Positions 27,161 through 40,936 are shown, counted from the first letter of the stretch. The stretch: 64,000 nucleotides of DNA from Macrostomum hystrix (GCA_950097015.1 CATNEN010000038.1:23994001-24058000), one strand, 5' to 3'. Numbers and translations are program-made. Notes: generated by a model not told the origin, from the letters alone.

Positions 27161-28086
27161 CTAGACAGACTTGAACCTGTAGACCTCCTTCCACACATTG
27201 GCCAGCAAGGCGACACTGTGGAATCGGTACAGGCAGTGCAACGGAAGGCTGACCCTTTCAACCATAGACAGTGCCGCGGGCTGGTCAGGTGACGACGCTG
27301 ATTCCACGGTCAGATGCCTCGCTGGCTCCGCCGCGGCAAACATAATCAGGGCGATGTTGGCCAGAAGCAGGTAGGTCACGAGTTCGCGCCCCGGTTTCTC
27401 CTTGGCGTGCAAGGCCTTGTAGCACCGCCTGCGCCTGGCTGTACAGAGCAGGGCCGTTTGTGCCGCCGCCTGCAACGGATGCCCCAGACAAGTGAGCAGT
27501 CGATGAGCAGAGATAGGCTGAAAACCCGCCGACAAAGTCAGGCCAGCAAGCCAGTAGAGGCACACGCCAGAGAAGCTCAGGAGTTGAATGCATTCGTCCA
27601 GCGGGGGCCAGGCCATCGACAGCTGACGCCGCCTGGAGACGGCGTACATCAGATCGGCGGTGCGAGGAAAAGCAGCCAAGACCGCTGCTAGGCATGCAGT
27701 CAGCAGTAGCAGCTCGCTGCAATGCGAGACCAACGACGCCGCCCGACGGTATCGACTCTGCTGGGCCAGGGCGGCCGCAGTCAGGAGTGCCACCGCCGAG
27801 CAGACCAGCGAGGCCAGGCCGAGGAACAGGCCGCGGTGGGAGCCGGAGCAGGTGCTGCGACGGTGGCGACGGCGAGTTGATAGCAGTCGATGCGGACTGC
27901 GCTGATCATTCATCGCTAAATTTGCAGCCGCGGCAATTGCGGCTGTGCCTTCAACATCGATGTAGTCTTCTTCTTCCTCTTCGTCCTCGTCTTCTTCGTT
28001 ATCATGGACTCCTGGGACAGTTGTGGAAGAATCCAGCAGAGGCTGACGTAGTTTCCCAACGTTTTGCCACACAGTGCACAGAATTG
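27161..28086 (-). CDS. OTOP: Otopetrin-family proton channel, exon 8 of 8 (model 50822-50287, 49817-49546, 45225-44961, 40936-40822, 39732-39552, 30667-30501, 28804-28516, 28086-27161; ~916 aa)
   Basis: Acceptor TTCCGCAG|CA; ILCTVWQNVG, SHRGLFLG, KPGRELVTYLLLANIAL and PLHCLYRFHSV (FYRxH motif) are typical of otopetrins; stop TAG. Confidence 0.88.
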
Positions 28087-28142
28087 CTGCGGAATAGGAG
28101 ACAAAGTTGAAACGCATGAGTAGGGTCAAACCATCTGTTTAA

Positions 28143-28478
28143 CCATTCAAACCATTGGGTTTGTCCTACTCAAACCATTGGGTTTGTCCTACTCAAACCA
28201 TTGGGTTTGTCCTACTCAAACCATTGGGTTTGTCCTACTCAAACCATTGGGTTTGTCCTACTCAAACCATTGGGTTTGTCCTACTCAAACCATTGGGTTT
28301 ATCCTACTCAAACCATTGGGTTTATCCTACTCAAACCATTGGGTTTGTCCTACTCAAACCATTGGGTTTGTCCTACTCAAACCATTGGGTTTATCCTACT
28401 CAAACCATTGGGTTTGTCCTACTCAAACCATTGGGTTTGTCCTACTCAAACCAATTGGTTTATCCTACTCAAACCATT
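28143..28478. repeat. 23 bp minisatellite (CAAACCATTGGGTTTGTCCTACT)n filling most of otopetrin intron 7
   Basis: Direct periodicity. Confidence 0.95.
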
Positions 28479-28515
28479 CGATTGATTTAGCTGAAACAGC
28501 AAGTCATGAACTCAC

Positions 28516-28804
28516 CAGCGCTGAGTGCGCAGTACTGCACGGTGACAGGGTACAAGTAGGGGTCACTGCGTACAATCATGCCCCTGATCACGCTGTCAGT
28601 TTCAGTTGCACAAGAGCTGTTGCTGACTCGAGCTGGGGTCATGGTGGTAGTCGATACTGTGGCGTTCAACTCAGCTGATGAGCGCATAGCTGTTGCTGGG
28701 TCGCTAGCGTCTAGCAAGACAGTTCGAAGCCAAACACAGGCGTTAGTTGCTACCAGATGGGCTAGGCCTAGCCTAGCAACCACTTTGTACTTTTGGATGC
28801 ACAT
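28516..28804 (-). CDS. OTOP: Otopetrin exon 7
   Basis: ARLGLAHLVATNACVW and PYLYPVTVQY motifs; CAG| acceptor, |GTGAGT donor; phase 0/1. Confidence 0.88.
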
Positions 28805-28877
28805 CTGTCGGCGAGAAAAGTTATTTGTTTTAGAAAATAATATGAAGGACTGGTTTAAAGAATTTAATTATAACGCG

Positions 28878-29750
28878 TAGACTACTGCGGTAATTAAATT
28901 CTAGCCCATAGACTACTGCGGCAATTAAAGTCTAACCCATAGACTATTGCGGTAATTAAATTCTAGCCCATAGACTACTGCGGCAATTTAAGTCTAACCC
29001 ATAGACTATTGCGGTAATTAAATTCTAGCCCATAGACTACTGCGGCAATTAAAGTCTAACCCATAGACTACTGCGGTAATTAAATTCTAGCCCATAGACT
29101 ACTGCGGCAATTTAAGTCTAACCCATAGACTATTGCGGTAATCAAAGTCTAACCCATAGACTATTGCGGTAATCATAGTCTAACCCATAGACTATTGCGG
29201 TAATCAAAGTCTAACCCATAGACTATTGCGGTAATCAAAGTCTAACCCATAGACTATTGCGGTAATCAAAGTCTAACCCAGAGACTATTGCGGTAATCAA
29301 AGTCGAACCCATAGACTATTGCGGTAATCAAAGTCTAACCCAAAGACTATTGCGGTAATCAAAGTCTAACCCATAGATTATTGCGGTAATCAAAGTCTAA
29401 CCCATAGACTATTGCGGTAATCAAAGTCTAACCCATAGACTATTGCGGTAATCAAAGTCTAACCCAGAGACTATTGCGGTAATCAAAATCGAACCCATAG
29501 ACTATTGCGGTAATCAAAGTCTAACCCATAGACTATTGCGGTAATCAAAGTCTAACCCATAGGCTATTGCGGTAATCAAAGTCTAACCCAGAGACTATTG
29601 CGGTAATCAAAATCGAACCCATAGACTATTGCGGTAATCAAAGTCTAACCCATAGACTATTGCGGTAATCAAAGTCTAACCCATAGATTGTCTAATCCAT
29701 AGACTATTGCGGTAATCAAAGTCTAACAATCAAGTTTTCCCATAGACTAC
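28878..29750. repeat. 31 bp minisatellite (CATAGACTATTGCGGTAATCAAAGTCTAACC)n
   Basis: Direct periodicity. Confidence 0.95.
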
Positions 29751-30500
29751 CTTATGCATTTTATCTAGCTTTATGAAGCACTCTAGTAGCAGTAGGATTA
29801 TCAGAAAATTAACGCTCTTTATAATAATATGAAGATAATGCCAAAGTTATTACAAGTGTAAAAATGCGTTCATACATCTCCAAACTACTATCAACCGGAG
29901 AGAAAAATAAAGAAACTCTATAGATAAAGATAAAGAATGAGGGGACACTAAAACACACACACACATAGCAACTAAACTGTACATTCATTTCGCTTGAACT
30001 CGGTTAAAAAGTCTAATTAGGGGAGTGGCGAAATCGCCCAGGCTCCGCCGTCAAAAGCGAATGAAAGACGAAGGACACTCAAAAAAGAAAGAGGATCAAG
30101 TTGAGAGTAGTCGATTGAAAAAGCTAAAGCGATGAGCTGATGGGGTATAGCAAAGTTAGCGTTAGGGTAGGAAACTACTTTACCAGCCTCCACTATTTAC
30201 AAAGTCCTTCTCTAAGTTGAAAAGAGGTTTTAAATCTCACTTTCACCCAGCTCTTATAGCTAGTCGTCCTTCTAATCCCGTCCATTCACCAGTTTTTCTT
30301 TTGAGCATAGAGTGTGGTCCATGCAGGTTGGAGTTAACTCTATAGACTAGACTGCTATTTCATATACTTCGCTGTACCGTAACAAAACACTTGAATTTTT
30401 TAATTGGATTTTCTTGAATTTTTTAAACAGTCTATTTAAATCAAATGGAATCATTTTTAATGTTCCTATAAGTTATTTACAAATAATTAGACAAACTCAC

Positions 30501-30667
30501 CTTAGCATTCATGAAGAAAACAAAATTGAGTTGTACAAAGGTGAAGACAATAGCTAGTGCCGCGCGAACTGGCACTACCGGATTCGAACACACGGCCAAA
30601 CTTGATCCGTGCTGAAGGCTAGCGGCAAGTGACATACCGTCCCGGATCATTGAGGCAATGCCGAACG
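30501..30667 (-). CDS. OTOP: Otopetrin exon 6 (absent from the ORF track)
   Basis: Translates (A)FGIASMIRDG...IVFTFVQLNFVFFMNAK; TTCAG| and |GTGAGT; phase 1/0 fits both neighbours. Confidence 0.85.
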
Positions 30668-30759
30668 CTGAAGTTTTAAGTATAACAGAATATTTTATAA
30701 AAACTCAATTGTTTAAACCATTTTTGTGTGCACATGCGCATGCATCCGTGTGTCTAGAA

Positions 30760-31930
30760 CTGTACACTGCAGTATGGTTCAGTCTAGGAGAGTGTGTACA
30801 CTGCTAGTGTTCAGTCTAGGAGAGTGTGTACACTGCTAGTGTTCAGTCTAGGAGAGTGTGTACACTGCTAGTGTTCAGTCTAGGAGAGTGTGTACACTGC
30901 TAGTGTTCAGTCTAGGAGAGTGTGTACACTGCTAGTGTTCAGTCTAGGAGAGTGTGTACACTGCTAGTGTTCAGTCTAGGAGAGTGTGTACACTGTAGTC
31001 TATGGTTCAGTCTAGGAGAGTGTGTACACTGTAGTCTATGGTTCAGTCTAGAAGTGTGTACACTGTAGTCAATGGTTCAGTCTAGAAGTGTGTACACTGT
31101 AGTCTATGGTTCAGTCTAGGAGAGTGTGTACACTGCAGTATGGTTCAGTCTAGGAGAGTGTGTACACTGCAGTATGGTTCAGTCTAGGAGAGTGTGTACA
31201 CTGTAGTCTATGGTTCAGTCTAGGAGAGTGTGTACACTGTAGTCTAGTGTTCAGTCTAGGAGAGTGTGTACACTGTAGTCTATGGTTCAGTCTAGAAGTG
31301 TGTACACTGTAGTCTATGGTTCAGTCTAGGAGAGTGTGTACACTGCAGTATGGTTCAGTCTAGAAGTGTGTACACTGTAGTCTATGGTTCAGTCTAGGAG
31401 AGTGTGTACACTGTAGTCTATGGTTCAGTCTAGAAGTGTGTACACTGTAGTCTATGGTTCAGTCTAGGAGAGTGTGTACACTGTAGTCTATGGTTCAGTC
31501 TAGGAGAGTGTGTACACTGTAGTCTATGGTTCAGTCTAGAAGTGTGTACACTGTAGTCTATGGTTCAGTCTAGGAGAGTGTGTACACTGTAGTCTATGGT
31601 TCAGTCTAGAAGTGTGTACACTGTAGTCAATGGTTCAGTCTAGAAGTGTGTACACTGTAGTCTATGGTTCAGTCTAGGAGAGTGTGTACACTGCAGTATG
31701 GTTCAGTCTAGGAGAGTGTGTACACTGCAGTATGGTTCAGTCTAGGAGAGTGTGTACACTGTAGTCTATGGTTCAGTCTAGGAGAGTGTGTACACTGTAG
31801 TCTATGGTTCAGTCTAGGAGAGTGTGTACACTGTAGTCTAGTGTTCAGTCTAGGAGAGTGTGTATACTGTAGTCTAGGGTTCCTTCGGACCGCCCTGCAG
31901 ATAAGTAGTCTATGGTTCAGTCTAGGATAG
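30760..31930. repeat. 32-36 bp minisatellite (GTTCAGTCTAGGAGAGTGTGTACACTGTAGTCTATG)n
   Basis: Direct periodicity with length variants. Confidence 0.95.
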
Positions 31931-33145
31931 AGTATATTGGGACAAATTCAGTTATATCGTACAGTGAAGAGTAGGGACAATAAATAAATAGAGGATTTCA
32001 TAAAAACGCGAAAAATCATCGTTTGGTTTTGAGTACTGAATATACGCTGACACGCCCGTCTCGATCATTAAACTGAGGAAATATACTGAGTGCTAAAATC
32101 AATAATTTTTCCTCAGCTTAGCTAGCTGTACATTTAGCTATAAATAGTTGCTAAAGCTAATAAAATCTCCCTTTGAGCTGCTAAACTGTGCCGCAAATTA
32201 AAAAGACAAAGCACTTAGATTATGTGAATTTACACCATTGCACAGAGACAGATACTCGTTGATAAAAGGCTGTAAGTGTCCTTTTCTCCTATACTGCCTA
32301 TTGCTTTAAGTCAATGGTCGTAAAATATTGACAACTGCCGCTGAGCACAGTGCGTGAGTCACCAATACGAAGGTGGTAATAAAACGTATATACGATATAT
32401 TAGTGTCTGTCTAGTAGTTGCATGTTGAAAAGAAAATTTTGATCCCTATACCGAAAAATACCGAATTTCCATTTCATTCAAGATGGTTTTCGTTTATTTT
32501 AGTTTTGAAAATAAACTTTTTTTGTTTTACTGAACCTTTCTTTGAGCACAGCTCACGTCAGCTAAAGCACGCAGACACGCAAAGCTTTCAAATCAAACAG
32601 AAAATACTAAAACTTTGTCAATCGAAATGGAAATAGCTAGCATGTGTTTTTCAGCTAAAAGTACATCAGAATTTCAAAGCCTACGTATATTTTTACTCGA
32701 GATATGATTGGCTAGACCAGAGAAGGGAGCCGACATAGCGGAGAGAAAAGAAGGGTGTGAAAACCCCGGGACGGCGCCAGTGTGGGTTTTAACAGCGATC
32801 GATAAATGGAGGGTAGGAAGAAAATGTGCATGGCTAGGCCACACTGGATGCGGTTTGCGCGAAGGGGGCACAGATAAATAGATAATTATTGCGTAGGCAA
32901 GGCAGGCAAACGACGGGCTATTGAAGGAATGGTGCAGTGTATAATTTTTATCACACTTAATGTAATTCGTACATATCCATTAAAGTCGGATGTCCCCAAA
33001 GATTGTCCCTCATCTTGAGATTCTTGACTCAATTTTTGATTAGCACCATGGAAGGGAATACATTAAATAGTGTACATTAACTTGATGAGATTTGAATAAA
33101 TAGCAAATATTAAAGGGGAATCATAATTTCGAAAGTATAGTTACA

Positions 33146-33452
33146 TGTGCGGGAGGGCTGTGGGCACTAGTCTACCCATTTCGTTGATTCCTGAACACAC
33201 ACGCACACAAATACTGTTCGCAGACACACACAGAGGTGTCTACAATTTACATCTGCCGTGACTTTCTCATAGCATTGCAGTATACAATTTCAATGTGCGT
33301 TGGAGGTTGGCCCTCAAGGGCGTAAATTGAACGACAAGCCCCCAAGCCTTCTCCCCGCGGCTGCGCCCCAAATAAATGTGGCCAAACCGCAGAATCGAGC
33401 TCAGAGACCTTGGTGCGAGAGGCAAACGTGTTAACCGCTCAGCCACTTACCC
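33146..33452 (-). mobile_element. SINE family A copy, more diverged
   Basis: Head and body match the other copies. Confidence 0.8.
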
Positions 33453-34279
33453 TCAGATTAAAAGAGTATGTCAACTTAAGGCTGTAGAGTCTAAGGTCGA
33501 TTCCTCGAACCAAAGCAGTAGCTGGTCATCAAGACGAAAACGTCGAGACAGCCCTAAGTTGACATCCCCTTTGTCTCAACTGAACGTATTGTAAATAAAA
33601 GCATGCCCCATCTTTCATTGACTAGGCTTACTAAACATCACTTTTCTCAAGCATCTCAGAGTGGAAAGAAAACCGTAAGACAAGGCGAAGAAAAAATTGG
33701 TTGGTCAAAACATCACCGAACTCGATGCAGCTCCGATTGCGTAATAAGCTTGTCATGCTTATAACACAACTCACTACTATACTCTGAACTAGACATGATG
33801 AGAAAAACAAGAGCTTGATGAAGCGAAAAACACAGGAAAGGTAGAGCGAGGATGTTAAGAATGCTAGCAATGTGATGTTGAATGCGAGGCGACAACATGA
33901 GACGGGGCGCTGAGCACTGGACTGGGCAGATTGTTGCGTAACTGACCAACGGACTGTTCGAAGATTTGCATTCGGTTCCATCACGTCATTGGATTCTGAT
34001 TTGGAAAAAAATCTGTGACAGAACCAGACACAACATGTAAATACTGATGAAGCAAAGGGGTTTTTGGTTAGGACACAAAAATAATTTGCATTTGAAAACT
34101 TTGTCAATACCAGAACTGTACATCAGGTAATTCCATAGGAGGCAACTTGGCAGTGACATTGCAAGGAGGCTAGTGTGACACTCTTAGTATTACATAAGGA
34201 TTACTTAACTTAGTATTGACGAATCTCATGCCATGCTTCAGGTTTATTTAGTTCTGTTTTGTGGCACAGTTCATGCCCC

Positions 34280-36600
34280 CATCTCTCATCTCTCCCTCAT
34301 CTCTCATCTCTCCCTCAACTCTCATCTCTACCTCAACTCTCATCTCTCCCTCAACTCTCATCTCTCCCTCATCTCTCATCTCTCCCTCATCTCTCATCTC
34401 TCCCTCATCTCTCATCTATCTCTCCCTCATCTCTCATCTCTCCCTCAACTCTCATCTCTACCTCAACTCTCATCTCTACCTCAACTCTCATCTCTCCCTC
34501 AACTCTCATCTCTACCTCAACTCTCATCTCTACCTCAACTCTCATCTCTACCTCAACTCTCATCTCTACCTCAACTCTCATCTATCTCTCCCTCATCTCT
34601 CATCTCTCCCTCAACTCTCATCTATCTCTCCCTCATCTCTCATCTCTCCCTCAACTCTCATCTCTCCCTCAACTCTCATCTCTCCCTCAACTCTCATCTC
34701 TACCTCAACTCTCATCTCTACCTCAACTCTCATCTCTCCCTCATCTCTCATCTCTCCCTCATCTCTCATCTCTCCCTCAACTCTCATCTATCTCTCCCTC
34801 ATCTCTCATCTCTCCCTCAACTCTCATCTCTACCTCAACTCTCATCTCTCCCTCAACTCTCATCTCTCCCTCAACTCTCATCTCTCCCTCAACTCTCATC
34901 TCTCCCTCATCTCTCATCTCTCCCTCATCTCTCATCTCTCCCTCATCTCTAATCTATCTCTACCTCATCTCTCATCTCTCCCTCAACTCTCATCTCTACC
35001 TCAACTCTCATCTCTACCTCAACTCTCATCTCTACCTCAACTCTCATCTCTACCTCAACTCTCATCTCTACCTCAACTCTCATCTCTACCTCAACTCTCA
35101 TCTCTACCTCAACTCTCATCTATCTCTCCCTCATCTCTCATCTCTCCCTCAACTCTCATCTATCTCTCCCTCATCTCTCATCCTCTCCCTCAACTCTCAT
35201 CTCTCCCTTAACTCTCATCTCTCCCTCAACTCTCATCTCTACCTCAACTCTCATCTCTACCTCAACTCTCATCTCTCCCTCATCTCTCATCTCTCCCTCA
35301 TCTCTCATCTCTCCCTCAACTCTCATCTATCTCTCCCTCATCTCTCATCTCTCCCTCAACTCTCATCTCTCCCTCAACTCTCATCTCTCCCTCAACTCTC
35401 ATCTCTCCCTCATCTCTCATCTCTCCCTCATCTCTCATCTCTCCCTCATCTCTCATCTATCTCTCCCTCATCTCTCATCTCTCCCTCAACTCTCATCTCT
35501 ACCTCAACTCTCATCTCTACCTCAACTCTCATCTCTCCCTCATCTCTCATCTCTCCCTCATCTCTCATCTCTCCCTCAACTCTCATCTATCTCTTCCTCA
35601 TCTCTCATCTCTCTCTCAACTCTCATCTCTCCCTCAACTCTCATCTCTCCCTCAACTCTCATCTCTACCTCAACTCTCATCTCTACCTCAACTCTCATCT
35701 CTCCCTCATCTCTCATCTCTCCCTCATCTCTCATCTCTCCCTCAACTCTCATCTATCTCTCCCTCATCTCTCATCTCTCCCTCAACTCTCATCTCTACCT
35801 CAACTCTCATCTCTCCCTCAACTCTCATCTCTCCCTCAACTCTCATCTCTCCCTCAACTCTCATCTCTCCCTCATCTCTCATCTCTCCCTCATCTCTCAT
35901 CTCTCCCTCATCTCTCATCTCTCCCTCAACTCTCATCTCTCCCTCATCTCTCATCTCTCCCCATCTCTCATCTCTCCCTCATCTCACATCTCTCCCTCAT
36001 CTCTAATCTCTCCCTCATCTCTCATCTCTCCCTCATCTCTCATCTCTCCCTCATCTCTCATCTCTCCCTCATCTCTCATCTCTCCCTCATCTCTCATCTC
36101 TCCTTCATCTCTCATCTCTCCCTCAACTCTCATCTCTACCTCATCTCCCATCTCTCCCACATTTCCCATCTCTCCCACATCTCCCATCTCTCCCACATTT
36201 CCCATCTCTCCCACATCTCCCATCTCTCCCACATCTCCCATCTCTCCCACATTTCCCATCTCTCCCACATCTCCCATCTCTCCCACATCTCCCATCTCTC
36301 CCACATCTCTCTTCTCTCCCACATCTCCCATCTCTCCCACATCTCCCATCTCTCCCACATCTCTCTTCTCTCCCACATCTCCCATCTCTCCCACATCTCC
36401 CATCTCTCCCATATCTCTCTTCTCTCCCACATCTCTCTTCTCTCCCTCTCGTCCCTCCCTCATCTCTCTTCTCTCTCTTCTCTCCCTCTCGTCCCTCCCT
36501 CATCTCTCTTCTCTCTCTTCTCTCCCTCTCGTCCCTTCCTCAACTCTCTTCTCTCTCTTCTCACTCTTCTCTCCTTCATCCCTCATCTTTCCATTCATTA
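34280..36600. repeat. 18 bp pyrimidine minisatellite (CTCTCATCTCTCCCTCAA)n grading to (CTCCCATCTCTCCCACAT)n
   Basis: Direct periodicity. Confidence 0.95.
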
Positions 36601-37137
36601 ACTCTCCATTCTCTTTTACTCTTTTTCTTTCCTACTCTCTCCCTTTCTTTCATTACCTTTCCCTCTATTAATCTCGATTCATTTTAAACAGAGGCTAAAA
36701 ATTATCTTAAACAATGGGTTCACCTTAAATTAAAAATAATTAACAGAAAAAAGTTAATGTATTTCTAGCAGATTATCAATAAATTAATCGATTGCATAAT
36801 ACTCATCAACTGTTTCCAACTAACTAGATTAGCAATCAATAGAGTGGCATTTCATCCACTCTTTACCATGAAGCCTTTAAACTGCTTTACCTGAGGACAA
36901 AAGCATATGGACACCTGATATCCCTCAGGTTTATGAGTATGAAGATATGAGTATCTACGAGAAGCTAGAAAATGATGACTCATAAAAAGCGATTTGCCTG
37001 CTTACACTTCCACATTATTGTCTGCTTTCCATTCTGATAAAAATATGAAACTACTGTTCAAGTTGATACAATTTTGCCAGCCGTTAAACCCCAAACCTTT
37101 AACTAATGGTTCTTTATGACTTCTCGCCGGTCCGTCT

Positions 37138-38400
37138 AAATCTCACCTGATCTATCCTGCCAAATCTCATCTGATCTATCCTGCCAAATCTCATCTGATC
37201 TATCCTTCCAAATCTCATCTGATCTATCCTGCCAAATCTCATCTGATCTATCCTGCCAAATCTCACCTGATCTATCCTGCCAAATCTCATCTGATCTATC
37301 CTGCCAAATCTCATCTGATCTATCCTGCCAAATCTCATCTGATCTATCCTGCCAAATATCATCAGATCTATCCTGCCAAATCTCATCTGATCTATCCTGC
37401 CAAATCTCATCTGATCTATCCTGCCAAATCTCATCTGATCTATCCTGCCAAATCTCATCTGATCTATCCTGCCAAATCTCATCTGATCTATCCTTCCAAA
37501 TCTCATCTGATCTATCCTGTCAAATATCATCTGATCTATCCTGCCAAATCTCATCTGATCTATCCTGCCAAATCTCATCTGATCTATCCTGCCAAATCTC
37601 ACCTGATCTATCCTGCCAAATCTCACCTGATCTATCCTGCCAAATCTCATCTGATCTATCCTGCCAAATCTCATCTGATCTATCCTGCCAAATCTCATCT
37701 GATGTATCCTGCCAAATCTCATCTGATCTATCCTGCCAAATCTCACCTGATCTATCCTGCCAAATCTCATCTGATCTATCCTTCCAAATCTCACCTGATC
37801 TATCCTGCCAAATCTCATCTGATCTATCCTGCCAAATCTCATCTGATCTATCCTGCCAAATCTCATCTGATCTATCCTGCCAAATCTCATCTGATCTATC
37901 CTGCCAAATCTCATCTGATCTATCCTGCCAAATCTCACCTGATCTATCCTGCCAAATCTCACCTGATCTATCCTGCCAAATCTCATCTGATCTATCCTGC
38001 CAAATCTCACCTGATCTATCCTGCCAAATCTCACCTGATCTATCCTGCCAAATCTCATCTGATCTATCCATCCAGTTACCATCTGATCTATCCTTCCAAA
38101 TCTCACCTGATCTATCCTGCCAAATCTCATCTGATCTATCCTGCCAAATCTCATCTGATCTATCCTGCCAAATCTCACCTGATCTATCCATCCAGTTACC
38201 ATCTGATCTATCCATCCAATTATCATCTGATCTATCCATCCAATTATCATCTGATCTATCCATCCAATTATCATCTGATCTATCCATCCAATTATCATCT
38301 GATCTATCCATCCAATTATCATCTGATCTATCCATCCAATTTATCATCTGATCTATCCATCCAATTATTATCTGATCTATCAATCCAATTATCATCTGAC
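37138..38400. repeat. 24 bp minisatellite (ATCTGATCTATCCTGCCAAATCTC)n
   Basis: Direct periodicity; unit variant switches near 38180. Confidence 0.95.
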
Positions 38401-39122
38401 CAATATTCCGAAATTTGGCCTTATCCATCAGATCATGTTCTAATATTATAATTGCCTTGAAACTGACCAGATGTTTAGTTTATACTTAAAACCTATTATA
38501 CATTTTCCACCCTTACCGTGTTAAGTGAAAACGATTCTCTAATTACTGATGTTAGCCTCCCTTTAAGTTTCGTTCTTGACCCCATAGAATTCCCAGAAAA
38601 TCCCATTGTAGAAAAAATTATTGAAGCTTGTTATACCCGCACTTCACAATGACCCTAAGGAAAATCAACTAACAAGACCTATTTTTAAGAATGAAAGTTT
38701 TTTTTTAACTCGTGACTGACCAATACATTTGTGGCCTTTGACCATTGTCCAAAAAAAATTCTAAAAGCTTAGCAGAAAATTTTCCCTGACGATCATTCCC
38801 TGGGGATCATTGTCAACAGAATCTAACATTCTTTTGTGAGCAGTGGGTAGTATTTGCAGCAATTTAGCAAGCCTTTTGGTACAAAAGCCAACTAAAACCA
38901 TCAACGGTTCTGTCATTGAGTAGGCCATGGTTGTACAAAAACAGAATGGCATGCTAGAAGCAATTCCGTGAAACAAAAGTGCATCAATAATTAATAAATT
39001 TTCTGAATCGCCCAACCAGGCAATACCACTTAGACACGCAAATCAAGCACTTATTTAGTTCAATTGAAGAGTTCTGGGAACACGTTTTTTCAGAGTTTTT
39101 AGATTGCTAATACTCAGTTTGT

Positions 39123-39914
39123 CATTGGACATTGCGGAGAGAAACCGCTTTTAGCTTAGGGAGAATGCTCATTTCTGTGCGCTTCTGCTTTCAAGTTTAA
39201 TTTTCTGGACTTTTTCCGCTACTAAAATACACGAATTTCAAATTCCTTGGTCGGGAATCGAACCCCCGCCCAACGGCTAATTTATGTTGTACTTAAACGA
39301 ATGAAAACAAAAGTTTATCAAAGGCCAAAAGAGTTCGATCGAAATGTATTAATTGTAACCTTATATCCTCTGCTACTGAAGCGAGCTGCTACTGAATTCC
39401 TCGCTGTTCTGCGATTTGTTCACTATGTGATTTAGAAACTAGTTTAACAGACTTCTGAAACTCACTGAAATTCTCGTGTGTTTTACCTTTTTCAACCAGC
39501 ATTTTGTCTATGGCTAAAACCTTTGTCCAGTGTTGCATGCACCCAGCTCACCTATTGCCCCAAGTCGCAGGTAGAGACCGCCCTGAGCTGCACTGCGCAG
39601 TCGGACACCGCGGCTTCGATGGCTACGACTCGAGGCTGCGACGTCGGCCCTGTTTGACCCGTCGCGTACCAGAAAGGCGTACACGTAGGCCAAGAACGAA
39701 ATGCCGGCCAGGTACAAGTAGATGTAGAATCCCTGCAATGGGGAATGGATTGCGATGTTAATAGACTGATAAAACAGATCGCGCAGCACAGCTGCTACCA
39801 TTGCAAGCCGTTTCTGAAATGGAATTGGTTATTCTATTCCTTATTTATTTAGAAGCGCACAGAAATGAGCATTCTCCCTAAGCTAAAAGCGGTTTCTCTC
39901 CGCAATGTCCAATG
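39123..39914. repeat. Perfect 64-bp inverted repeat pair (39123-39186 and 39851-39914) flanking otopetrin exon 5
   Basis: CATTGGACATTGCGGAGAG...GTGCGCTTCT is the exact reverse complement of AGAAGCGCAC...CGCAATGTCCAATG. Confidence 0.9.
39552..39732 (-). CDS. OTOP: Otopetrin exon 5
   Basis: GFYIYLYLAGISFL...GLYLRLGAI motif; TTGCAG| and |GTGAGC; phase 0/1. Confidence 0.87.
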
Positions 39915-39921
39915 TCCGCAA

Positions 39922-40298
39922 TGAGGCTAGACTAGCAATCCATTCTATTCATTTGAATATTGAGACTAGCAATCCATTCTACTTCTTAGATTATTGAGGC
40001 TAGACTAGCAATCCATTCTATTCCTTTGGTTATTGAGGCTAGACTAGCAATCCATTCTATTCCTTTGGTTATTGAGGCTAGACTAGCAATCCATTCTATT
40101 CCTTTGAATAATGAGACTAGCAATCCATTCTATTTCTTAGATTATTGAGGCTAGACTAGCAATCCATTCTATTCCTTTGATTATTGAGGCTAGACTAGCA
40201 ATCCATTCTACTCGTATTCCTTTGGTTATTGAGGCTAGACTAGCAATCCATTCTTTTCTTTGGTTATTGAGGCCAGACTAGCAATCCATTGCTAGTCT
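39922..40298. repeat. ~39 bp minisatellite (GAGGCTAGACTAGCAATCCATTCTATTCCTTAGATTATT)n, related to the reverse complement of the 22-25 kb satellite
   Basis: Shared core TAGACTAGCAATCCATTC and same period. Confidence 0.85.
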
Positions 40299-40821
40299 AA
40301 CATCTGATGGTGAGGCAGCTAAATAGACTATTCTAGAAACCGGAGACCACACGGATTCTGTCCAACACAAGAAATACTGTTTAATATAAAAATGCATAAT
40401 ACTTCTTCATACAATTCTGGATTATCGGCTGGCATGAAAAAGTCATAGAGTGGACTAATAAATATTGGCAGTACGTGCCTAAAGCTTCACTAGAATCAGT
40501 TTTCCTGGCTCGCATCCATACTTCAGCAGAAGAAAATTATTTTTGTTTTCAAGCCTCAGGCATGTTTAAAGAACGAGGGGTGCAAAAAATTATCAGAATT
40601 TTCACACAGACGAAACAACAATTATATGTGGCCCAGAAATGCGAGAAAATTCGGAAAAAAACAAGTGCAAAAGTATCCGATTTTGGTTTATAACAGTCGG
40701 TTTTTGTTGCTAAGTGATTTGAACCAATAGTTCTTATGACCAATAAATTAACTTTCCAAGTGCTGAAGGTCTAAAAGCATAAAAGTAATGATCAAAATTT
40801 GGTTTCAACAATTGCACTCAC

Positions 40822-40936
40822 CTCAAATCCGAGAGATGTTGGCGACTGTTTCGCTACTATACTTATTGGGATTAAAATCCCCAACGAACAAATCAGTAAG
40901 CAGTAGATTCCACTCAGGATGTTCGAAAGAGCAGAC
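40822..40936 (-). CDS. OTOP: Otopetrin exon 4 (TM1; absent from the ORF track)
   Basis: SALSNILSGIYCLLICSLGILIPI...GFE joins GFYIYLY of exon 5; TTCAG| and |GTGAGT; phase 2/0. Confidence 0.85.

Noticed and set aside
28087-28134. Upstream acceptor or ORF start (MTLLMRFNF) for the last otopetrin exon
   Set aside because: The acceptor at 28086 has a pyrimidine tract and restores the continuous QYCALSAAILCTVW helix
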